Shown in pieces: positions 56,086 to 63,879 of a stretch of 63,879 nt of DNA. Location of the stretch: positions 1 through 63,879 of the IMG/VR virus record IMGVR_UViG_3300010376_000007, one strand, 5' to 3'. The translations under genes and the position numbers were made by a program. The notes below the pieces were generated by a model. The model did no database searches, was not told the origin of the DNA, and was given only the letters and a program-made list of their open reading frames with translations. The stretch is from a virus (Duplodnaviria; Caudoviricetes). Every line of letters starts with the position of its first letter. Position 1 is the stretch's first letter.

Positions 56086-58182
56086 CTACGCCGCGATGCC
56101 GCTCAGGTTCTGACCCGTCTGGTTGGTCTTGACGTTGGCGGCCTGGGCACCCGACCACAGGCGCTGTTGCCCCGTCCAGAACTGCGACGGGCTCTGGCCG
56201 AAAAGCTCGCCGGTCATCTGCATGCCGGCCTGATCGGCGGGGTTGGCGCCTGCTGCCTGCATCTGGGTGACGTTGGGCGTGCCGCCCGCCTGCTGGTACT
56301 GGCCCCCCAGCGCCGCGCTCATCTGGTTCCACACGCCTGGCCCCAGCGCCTCGATGTCGGTGCGGTACGCGGCTTTCTGGAAGGGCGTCATCTGCTGCCA
56401 CTGCTGCCAGTCAGGGTTTCCATTGAGGGTGCTGGTCGAGGTCGCGTAGGGCAGGCTGGGCTGTCCCTGACCCGCAGGCCCGCTGGGTCCGCCCGCCGTG
56501 CTGCCCTGCAGGCCCATCACGCTCGGTGCGTTCTGCACGCCCCAGGCGCGCGGGTCGTACGGCTGCATGATCTGCTGAATCAGGTTGGCCAGGTTCTGGC
56601 CACCCACCACGCTACCCGGCGCGGCGCCCGGCGCGGGGCTCATGCCCGAGAGCGCCTGCAGCCAGGGGTTGGAGAGCGCGCTGCCCAGGATCTGCATGCG
56701 CTGGTCCTGACCCTTGCTCCACGAGTCGTAGGCTTGCTGGCCCTGCTGCAGGTAGATGGCGTTGCCCTCCTGCATCTGCTGGATCTGAATCTCGTGCGCC
56801 TCGCGCATCTGCTCCAGACGCTCGTTGCTGGCGATCTGGTCGCGCTGAAGCTGCTCCTGGGCCTGGGCGTGCCGGACGTTCTCGGCGTCTTCCTGCTGCT
56901 TGAGCAGCACGTCGTCCTGATGGAACTGGTAGTCCTGCTGGATCTTGGCCAGCGCCTCATTGTGCCGGTTGTTCTCGGCGTCGCGCTTCTGCGCGTCTTC
57001 CATCTGGGCGATCTTGAGCAGGTTGTCGAGTTGCTTGTTGGTCAGATCCACGCTGGCCTGCTGGCTGGGGGTCATCGTCGCCGTGTCGCCGGCGCCCATA
57101 CCGCCCTCACCCCCGGAGCCGACCTTGCCCAGCGACGAGCCGACCTTCCACGTGTTGCGCTGCCAGGCGTCGTACTTGTTGGCCATATCCCGCAGCACAG
57201 GGTCTGGGTTTTGCGAGTACGAGTTCGGGTCCGGCCCGATGTTGTTGGCGCGGGTACCCGAGTTGAAGGCCGAGGTGTTGGCCGTCGCCAGCGACGAGAC
57301 CGACGGGTCGATGGCCGATGCCAGCCACGAGCCAGGCCCGGTGCCGCTGGCAGCAAACGACGGGTTCTGCTGGATCTCCTGAATGTGGCCCTGGCGGGCC
57401 TGGGTGCCTGGTGCGCCCGTGCCGCCCGGCCCCGTCGAGCCGCTCTGTCGATCCGCGCCTGGAATGACCTTGCCTGTGCTGGAGTCGATGACCGACCCGC
57501 CCGCGTCGTTCGGATCGGCGCGCGTCTCGTCCCAGTGCATCGACCCGTCGGGGTACTTGACGTATACCCCCCCGGCACCCATGCCCCGCTCGCCGCCGGA
57601 GCCGACTTTGCCCAGTGACGAACCCACCTTCCACGTGTCCCGCTGGAACTGGTCGTACTGATTTTTCATGTCCTGCAGCTTCGGGTCGGTCTGGGTCATC
57701 GTCGTGCCCGCGCTGGGGTCGGTCGACAGCAGGCCAACCCCGCTCGCCTGGGACGGCGTGTACGCCGAGGCGCCCGACATCGAACCGATGCTGGGATCCA
57801 GCGCGGAGGCCAGCCACGAGCCCGGTCCGGTGCCCGAGGCGGCGAACGTCGGGTTGGCCTGCAACTCGGCAATGTGCGCCTGCTGCGCCTGCGAGCCCTG
57901 CGGCCCGGTGCCGCCGGGTCCCGACGCGTAGCTCTGGCGGTTGGCACCCGGGATGGCCTTGCCCGAGGAGGAGTCGATGACCGATCCGCCGTTGGGGTTG
58001 GGGTCGGCCTTGGTCTCGTCCCAGTGCATCGAGCCGTCGGGCGACTTGACGTACACGCCGCCCGCGCCCATGCCCCCCGCGCCGTTGCCGGAGCCAATCG
58101 GCGCGGGCGAGCGCGGCCCCCAGAACGGCCCCTGATCCTTGGCCTGGTACAGATCCCACAAGGTGTCGGCGCTCATGCTCAT
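56086..58182 (-). CDS. Internal virion protein with two tandem ~160-aa repeats and a coiled coil
   Basis: ATGA overlap at 58182; repeat unit GVYVK.PDGSMHWDET...WKVGSSLGKVGSGGE.GMGAG. Confidence 0.8.
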   Translation of the reverse strand: MSMSADTLWDLYQAKDQGPFWGPRSPAPIGSGNGAGGMGAGGVYVKSPDGSMHWDETKADPNPNGGSVIDSSSGKAIPGANRQSYASGPGGTGPQGSQAQQAHIAELQANPTFAASGTGPGSWLASALDPSIGSMSGASAYTPSQASGVGLLSTDPSAGTTMTQTDPKLQDMKNQYDQFQRDTWKVGSSLGKVGSGGERGMGAGGVYVKYPDGSMHWDETRADPNDAGGSVIDSSTGKVIPGADRQSGSTGPGGTGAPGTQARQGHIQEIQQNPSFAASGTGPGSWLASAIDPSVSSLATANTSAFNSGTRANNIGPDPNSYSQNPDPVLRDMANKYDAWQRNTWKVGSSLGKVGSGGEGGMGAGDTATMTPSQQASVDLTNKQLDNLLKIAQMEDAQKRDAENNRHNEALAKIQQDYQFHQDDVLLKQQEDAENVRHAQAQEQLQRDQIASNERLEQMREAHEIQIQQMQEGNAIYLQQGQQAYDSWSKGQDQRMQILGSALSNPWLQALSGMSPAPGAAPGSVVGGQNLANLIQQIMQPYDPRAWGVQNAPSVMGLQGSTAGGPSGPAGQGQPSLPYATSTSTLNGNPDWQQWQQMTPFQKAAYRTDIEALGPGVWNQMSAALGGQYQQAGGTPNVTQMQAAGANPADQAGMQMTGELFGQSPSQFWTGQQRLWSGAQAANVKTNQTGQNLSGIAA

Positions 58183-61100
58183 ATGTCCAACATCGCACTG
58201 GTCCCTGCGGAAGACCGCCGTTTCATACCCCCGGCGCGTGGCGTCCAGCCCGCGCGGCGTCCCATCTCCATCCTGCTGGAGGGCATGCGCATCGGCTGGC
58301 GCATCGACGTGGACAAGTGTACCGGCCCGAGTTGCAGACCGGCACCCATGCCGGAGCGCGGCGCCTGCATGCGCGCGATCAACTCCATCAGCAGCGCCAT
58401 GATCTCTTCGGAGGACATGTCCTGATGTCCCGGCTCGGCGGGTACCGACGGCTCGCCCGTGTCGGCACCCGCGCCGCCCAGCCACGCCGGGCGCTGATCC
58501 CACCAGTTGTTGACACTCTCCTGCACGTCGCCCAGGTCAGGTAGCGGGGGGCCGGCGCCTTCCGTGTGCTCGGGTAGCTGAACCTCCGGGCCTGGCACGT
58601 GCCCCTGGGGGAACTCGGGCAGCGGCACGGGGATGTGCCCGCCCGGCATTTCCACCGGCGGCATGAAGATGTTGGGCTTGCTCAGGTCCTCGATGCTCGG
58701 CCCCACCGGCGGCTTGTGCCCGCCGCCCAGATCAATCGGCGGTGAAACCGACTTGCTCTTGTCAGGGATCTCGGGGATACCTGGCTCGTAATCCCCGTAA
58801 CCGGGGTACTTCTGCTGTAGCCGCTGTTCCTCGGCCTGGTACGCCTTCTCCTCCTCGTCCATCTGGTGTTGCCAGTCGTTGTAGCCGGCGTCCCGCGCAT
58901 CTTCGTCCATCTGCGCGCGGCGCTCCGCATGCTCACGCGCCACGCGCTCCTCGTCGGTCTCCGCTGGCGGGCGATTCTCAGGAGACAGCTTGGCCAGATC
59001 TTCCCAGGACGTGGGCGGCGGCTTCTCCGTACCCACGGCCAGCCCGGTCTTGTCGGGAGGCGGCGTCGGGTTGGTGACGCCCTTGGGCTCCCAGCCGCCG
59101 GGCGGCGGGGTGGTCGGCTCACCGGCGGCGCGCTTGCGCTCCCACTCGGTCTCCCAGTCAGTGGCGTCTTGCTTCTCCTCAGGCGCCGCTGGCGTCTCGG
59201 CGGGCTTGTACTTGGCGCGGATGGCCTCGACCTCGTCCTGGGTGGGCGGATGTCCGAGTTGCTTCATCTCGTCGATGGCGCCTTGCGGCCAGCCCTGATC
59301 GGCCAGCTTGTCGAGCTTACCGCCCAGCGCTTCTTGCCCCTGCTGCTGGCGAATGAACCACTTGTGCTGCCGGTCCCACTTGTTCCACTCCTTGGGGTTG
59401 GTGTCCTTGTCGTGCGGGTTCCACCCCTCGGCGGTGTACGGGCTGTCGTTCCACGTGCTGCGGTTCTGGATGCCGTGCTGCGCGGCGGACGACTGCGGGT
59501 TGGTCTCCTGGCTGCGGCGGTAGCGGTCCTCGGGCTGCGTGTTGCGCTCGTACTCACCGATGCTGTGGCCCGGGTCGAGATCCTCACCCCTGGCCTCCTG
59601 CTCGGCGTCGTAGTCAGCTTTGCTGGCCGTGCCCTGGCGAATGCGCTCCTGGCGCGCGTCGCGCTCGGGGTCGTCGGCTGCGCCCGGCGCGGTGCGCCAG
59701 GTGCCCTGCTTCTTCATCTGCTGATCGACCCAGCGGTTGTGCTGGATGTTCCATTGCCGCTGCAGGTTGCGGTCGTTGAAGCCGTACGGATTCTGCTTGT
59801 TCCAGCCGAAGGGGCTCAGCGGATCTTCGTCGGCGGGCTCGTCCTGCCCGCCGCCCATCGGCTGCGGGGGCTGGCCCGCAGACTGCACAGGAGTTGGAGG
59901 CGTCCCCTGCGCGGCCTGCGGTCCAGGCTGGGGTCCGCCAGGCGAGGAGGTCCCGCCAGGTGGCCCCATCATCTGGGTGCCTGGCACAGGAGGGAGATTG
60001 GCCATGGCACCCAGCGAGGCGGTCGGATCCGTCGGTTGCCCGTCCGGAGTCTTGACCGCCCAGTGTAGGTGGGATCCCGTCGTGTTCCCCGTGGATCCCA
60101 CCTTGCTCTGCAAGTCCTGCCCCTGCGACACGGTAAGGCCCGGGTACGCGCTGGTCTCCTTCAAGTGGCCCAGCTTGTGCGTGGTGCCGTCCTTGCCCTG
60201 CAGGATGACGGTGATACCCAGCCCCTGCGGGTTGTACTCGACGCGCTGCACCACCCCGTCGACGGGAGCAATGGTCGGCGTGCCCTCAACCGCCTGCAGA
60301 TCGACGCCCGAGTGGAACGGCTCGCCCATGTTCATCTGCTGCCCGAAGCGGTGGCCGATGCCCGCCACATCGTCCTGGGGCACCGGCGGGGTCCAGCCCG
60401 CGTAGCTGCCCGCATTGGGTTGAGCCGGCTGTTCGTCCTGCCCGCCGCCCATCGGCGCGCCCTGGCCAGCCTGGCGCCGCTGCATGGCGAACTGGAACAG
60501 CGGGTCGTTGGTATTGGGCAGCGCACCGGGCTGCGACGGCATGGCGCCCGGCTGGATGCCCGGCATGGTGCCGCCCCCCCCGCCGGGCGGGCCAAGCGCC
60601 GCCAGGTCAGGCGGCTTGAGCGGGTTGTAGCCAGGCTGCGAGGCGATGGCCGTGGGGTCTCCCCCCATCGGAGACGGTGAGGTTGCACCCCCCATGGGAG
60701 GAGCCCCGACAGGCGCTGCCCCAGGAGGAGGAGGCGCCCCCTGAATGGCTTGTGGCGTCGGTGTCGTGTCGTAACCCGGGTTGCCCGCTGGCCTGTGTTT
60801 GTCTGGCAGCGAGGTGCCCTGCCCGCCCTGCGGGATGTCAGTGCCCGCGCCGGTGATCTCGCTCCGCCTGCGGCGGCGCCCGACGGTGGGATCCCAGACG
60901 ACCTCGTCGGGGTTCTCCTGGCCGTACTCGTCGGTCTGGTCCTGCTCGCCCTGATCGCCCTGGTCCGTGGTGTCTTCGAGACCCTCGGCCAGCGTGCTGC
61001 CCAGCCCCTCGTAGTCTGGCGGCGCGGTGTTCTTGTAGTCGATGCCGGTCAGGTTGCCCTGCGCGTCGTAGTGGGCGATGTCACCCGCCGCCGTGGTGCG

Positions 61101-63335
61101 CGTGGTCGGCGGCTGGGCAGCGCCCTGCAGGCGCGGATCCTCTCCCGGCCAACCAGGCTTCATGATCGCGCCCGCCGGCGAGTTGGCGGCGAGCGCCTGC
61201 TTCTCGTCGATGCCCAGGTTGATCAGACCAGGCTGATCTTCCTGCTTGGCCTGCGGCTGCTGCGTGGGCTGCTGCGTCTGGCTCTTCTGGATCTCGGTGG
61301 CGGCGGCGTTAGCCTTCTGCGTGTCGCCGCCCGCCAGCGCCTTGTCCATCTCGTCCATCAGCGAGCGCATGCGCGCGATGTTGGCTTTCTGCTCGTCGCT
61401 CAGGTCGCCGCCCGAAACGTGCTCGTACGTCGAGGTTTTCGTTTCCGGGTTGTAGCGCTGCACGTCAGCGGCGGCGCCCGACGGCAGGTAGATGTCGCTG
61501 GAGCCGATGAAGCGCGCTTCCGGGTGCTCCAGCTTCTGCAGCGAATCGAGCATCTTCATGCGCGAGTCGGCCTGGGTGATCTTGGCCGTGGCCAGGTCCG
61601 ACTTCGATTTCTCGATGTCGGCCAGCGCCTTCTGCCGGTCGATGGCCTTGCGGTCCTCGTAGTCCTCGGGCGTGTAGATCGTCTGGGTCTTGGACGGGTC
61701 GTCCTTGTTGACGGCGATGGCGCGGCCGTACGTGTCGTAATGGATGTCGTACCCCGGCGGCGGCTTGTACATCTCGGTGGCCGACTTGCCGTCGTCGCTG
61801 AGCTTGAGCAGGCGCCCGTTGCTCTCGTAGATGCCCGCTTTGGGGTCCACCCCGCCCAGCTTCTCCTGCGCGCCGGTCTGCTCGTTGACGATCCACGTCT
61901 GGCCCGCCGAGTCCTGATGCACGGCGTACGGCGTCGAGCCAATCGTCGCCGCGTCGATGCGCGCCTGGTTGATGCCCGCCTGTTTGTCCACGTCGGTCTG
62001 CTGCTTGGCCGCGTAGTCCCTGGCCATCTGCGCCTCGCGGGCGGCGTCGTGCGTCCACTTGCCATCGGCGCCCTGCACGAGCACAGTCGGGTGAGGCGAG
62101 TCCTGGCCGTAGATCTTGGTGTTGCCTTCCTGGCCCGGCGTGGCGGCTTTGTCGGGCTGCGAGACGCCGTAGTCGGTGATGACGCCCTGGTCGGGGTGCT
62201 CCTTGTCGACCAGCACCCGGTGCATCTTGCCGTCGCCGCCCATCTGCTCGATGATCTGGCGCCCGCTGCCGGTCTTCAGGTTGGCGTCGAGTTCCTTGGC
62301 GTAGTCGGGCGACATGGCGCGCTGTTCTTTTTCGGCGTACTTGACGAACGGCCGCTCGGAGGTGCCCGCCTTGTACTGCGCGTCGTAGTAGCCAATCGGG
62401 ATGTTGGCCTTGCCGCCCGTGTCGGACTGCAGCCACAGCGTCTGGCGTACCGGCGCGCCTCCCGGTCCACGCGGCGGCTGGCCGTCGGCGCCATTGGGCG
62501 GGTCGAGCATGAAGTGGTAGCCCGACGGGGCGGTGGTGGGCGGCTGCGATTCGGCGGGCGAGCTAGCGCCCCCTCCCCCGCTGGTGTCCCCGCCGCCGCT
62601 CGCAGCGCTGCCACCACTGCTGCCGTAGATGGCGTCTTCGGGGGACACCGGCTCGCCGGTGTCGTCGTCGTAGCCGTCTCCGTCGTCGTCGGCGCCGGTG
62701 CCCATGCCCCAGTTCTGCAGGTTGCCGGTCATCGAGCCGCGCTGTTCGACAGGCCGCGCGGTCGGGCCGCTGGCCTGCACGCGCGGACCTGGCCCGGTGC
62801 CGTAGGGTGTGGGGGACAGCGGCGGCTGGCCAGGCGAGAACTGGTTGGTGCGCAGCGCGGCGTTTTCGCCGTAGCGCCCCATCAGCCCGTCGGTGCCCGC
62901 CGGTGTGCCTGGCGAGGCGACGATGGAGTCGGCGCCCATGCCCATGCTGCCGCCCTGCCCGGTGTTCTTCCACACGTTGCTCTGAACCCGCTGGCCAGCG
63001 TTAGCCGGCTGAAGCGCGGACGACAGCCCCGTGCCCGCCGCCGGTCCGCCGCCCTGTGGGGGCTGGCCGGGCGGACTCACGTTGCCGCCCGCCTGCAGTT
63101 CATCGTGCGGCACCAGCGAGTAGTTCAGCTTGTCGATGGGCGCCAGCACGCCTGGCGCGTGGACCTCGCCCGTCTCGGGCGTGTAGTTGATGCGGTCGAT
63201 GGGCGCGCCCGTCCCGGGGGGGCTGGCGATGATGTGCGGCTGGGGTCCACGCTCCAGGCCCGTGCGGCCGTTTTCGGCCATCAAGCGCGCCCCGGGCCGC
63301 GTCGTAGTCAGGCTGGGTGGCTGCCAGAACGGCAT
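58179..63335 (-). CDS. Large internal virion protein with M23 peptidase domain
   Basis: FHSGVDL (HxxxD), VGSTGNTTGSHLHW (HxH); P/G/Q-rich linkers. Confidence 0.85.
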   Translation of the reverse strand: MPFWQPPSLTTTRPGARLMAENGRTGLERGPQPHIIASPPGTGAPIDRINYTPETGEVHAPGVLAPIDKLNYSLVPHDELQAGGNVSPPGQPPQGGGPAAGTGLSSALQPANAGQRVQSNVWKNTGQGGSMGMGADSIVASPGTPAGTDGLMGRYGENAALRTNQFSPGQPPLSPTPYGTGPGPRVQASGPTARPVEQRGSMTGNLQNWGMGTGADDDGDGYDDDTGEPVSPEDAIYGSSGGSAASGGGDTSGGGGASSPAESQPPTTAPSGYHFMLDPPNGADGQPPRGPGGAPVRQTLWLQSDTGGKANIPIGYYDAQYKAGTSERPFVKYAEKEQRAMSPDYAKELDANLKTGSGRQIIEQMGGDGKMHRVLVDKEHPDQGVITDYGVSQPDKAATPGQEGNTKIYGQDSPHPTVLVQGADGKWTHDAAREAQMARDYAAKQQTDVDKQAGINQARIDAATIGSTPYAVHQDSAGQTWIVNEQTGAQEKLGGVDPKAGIYESNGRLLKLSDDGKSATEMYKPPPGYDIHYDTYGRAIAVNKDDPSKTQTIYTPEDYEDRKAIDRQKALADIEKSKSDLATAKITQADSRMKMLDSLQKLEHPEARFIGSSDIYLPSGAAADVQRYNPETKTSTYEHVSGGDLSDEQKANIARMRSLMDEMDKALAGGDTQKANAAATEIQKSQTQQPTQQPQAKQEDQPGLINLGIDEKQALAANSPAGAIMKPGWPGEDPRLQGAAQPPTTRTTAAGDIAHYDAQGNLTGIDYKNTAPPDYEGLGSTLAEGLEDTTDQGDQGEQDQTDEYGQENPDEVVWDPTVGRRRRRSEITGAGTDIPQGGQGTSLPDKHRPAGNPGYDTTPTPQAIQGAPPPPGAAPVGAPPMGGATSPSPMGGDPTAIASQPGYNPLKPPDLAALGPPGGGGGTMPGIQPGAMPSQPGALPNTNDPLFQFAMQRRQAGQGAPMGGGQDEQPAQPNAGSYAGWTPPVPQDDVAGIGHRFGQQMNMGEPFHSGVDLQAVEGTPTIAPVDGVVQRVEYNPQGLGITVILQGKDGTTHKLGHLKETSAYPGLTVSQGQDLQSKVGSTGNTTGSHLHWAVKTPDGQPTDPTASLGAMANLPPVPGTQMMGPPGGTSSPGGPQPGPQAAQGTPPTPVQSAGQPPQPMGGGQDEPADEDPLSPFGWNKQNPYGFNDRNLQRQWNIQHNRWVDQQMKKQGTWRTAPGAADDPERDARQERIRQGTASKADYDAEQEARGEDLDPGHSIGEYERNTQPEDRYRRSQETNPQSSAAQHGIQNRSTWNDSPYTAEGWNPHDKDTNPKEWNKWDRQHKWFIRQQQGQEALGGKLDKLADQGWPQGAIDEMKQLGHPPTQDEVEAIRAKYKPAETPAAPEEKQDATDWETEWERKRAAGEPTTPPPGGWEPKGVTNPTPPPDKTGLAVGTEKPPPTSWEDLAKLSPENRPPAETDEERVAREHAERRAQMDEDARDAGYNDWQHQMDEEEKAYQAEEQRLQQKYPGYGDYEPGIPEIPDKSKSVSPPIDLGGGHKPPVGPSIEDLSKPNIFMPPVEMPGGHIPVPLPEFPQGHVPGPEVQLPEHTEGAGPPLPDLGDVQESVNNWWDQRPAWLGGAGADTGEPSVPAEPGHQDMSSEEIMALLMELIARMQAPRSGMGAGLQLGPVHLSTSMRQPMRMPSSRMEMGRRAGWTPRAGGMKRRSSAGTSAMLDI

Positions 63336-63685
63336 CAGCGTGCTAGCCTCCGTCGCGCCGCACTATTGAGCTTTGCCAGCGGCCGTCCAGTTCGCCCATC
63401 AAGAATCTCCACAGGCCCCATGCCTTCAGGACCGACGCCGTCCCAGCGCTCGATGTGTGGTTCTGGAGCACTCGATCCCACGAGGTGGGCCTCGCTAAAC
63501 GCGGCGGTTCCCGGTTGCTGGTCCTGAAAGATTCCCTCACGCGGGGGTGCCATGTGGAGGTGTTCGTCGGGTCCGGCGTGATAGACATCGTGCAGCCTCC
63601 TCACAAAGGACTCCGGGCTATCGTCGTGAGCGGGCGTGGTGGGCGTCGAGATAGGCTCGGAGGGTGTCGGCTGCGGCGTCGTCAA
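63335..63685 (-). CDS. Hypothetical protein
   Basis: Coupled at both ends; His-rich. Confidence 0.55.
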   Translation of the reverse strand: MTTPQPTPSEPISTPTTPAHDDSPESFVRRLHDVYHAGPDEHLHMAPPREGIFQDQQPGTAAFSEAHLVGSSAPEPHIERWDGVGPEGMGPVEILDGRTGRPLAKLNSAARRRLAR

Positions 63686-63756
63686 GCGGCACCTTCCCCT
63701 GCGCCAGGTGGTTCAGGAAGCTGCCCTGCCGCTCCATCGCCTTCGCCCGGCTGATT

Positions 63757-63879
63757 GCCTTGCGGCCCAGCGGCAGGCTGCCCTTGTCGTCGTGGGCCAC
63801 GATCTCCAGCGGGCGCGGCACCTCCTGCATGAGCTTGCGTAGATTGGCCATATTCCTGCTCCAGCATCAACAGGTCGCC
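63757..63879. repeat. Terminal direct repeat copy of 1-123
   Basis: Exact match to the window start. Confidence 0.95.

Noticed and set aside
63757-63879. 123-bp end repeat as a biological terminal repeat
   Set aside because: It falls in the middle of a coding sequence and is best explained as assembler overlap on a circular contig

Overview
This window is an apparently complete, circularly assembled genome of a high-GC tailed dsDNA phage, about 63,756 bp after removing a 123-bp end overlap; one ORF reads in frame across the join. It is podovirus-like: portal, TerL, scaffold, N4-gp56-like major capsid, adaptor and nozzle, three very large internal/ejection proteins, and no tape measure or tail tube. 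Late/structural genes run on the minus strand (about 37.4 kb through the join to 11.35 kb). Early and replication genes run mostly on the plus strand (11.5-37.3 kb): UvrD-like and SNF2 helicases, Prim-Pol, a UDG-PolA fusion, PD-(D/E)XK nuclease, ParB-like, AAA/Sak4-like, SSB-like, VRR-NUC and several HNH genes. I found no integrase, tRNA or CRISPR array. A high-GC monoderm host (Actinomycetota or Chloroflexota) is inferred, not shown. The most unusual signals are: (1) about 13 copies of a [MLVT]-G-x-G motif, mostly followed by x-D, placed at domain and repeat boundaries of the three giant virion proteins, suggesting a polyprotein-processing system; (2) a C39-like cysteine peptidase apparently reachable only by a +1 frameshift at CCC-UUU-UGA; (3) a ~200-nt Frpo-like hairpin in front of an early gene with an SSB-type DDLPF tail; (4) a phage-encoded Flp pilin, an Acb2/Tad1-like sponge, a secreted Rpf, and a micro-protein copying the capsid N-terminus. 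All calls come from motif reading by eye; no searches were run.
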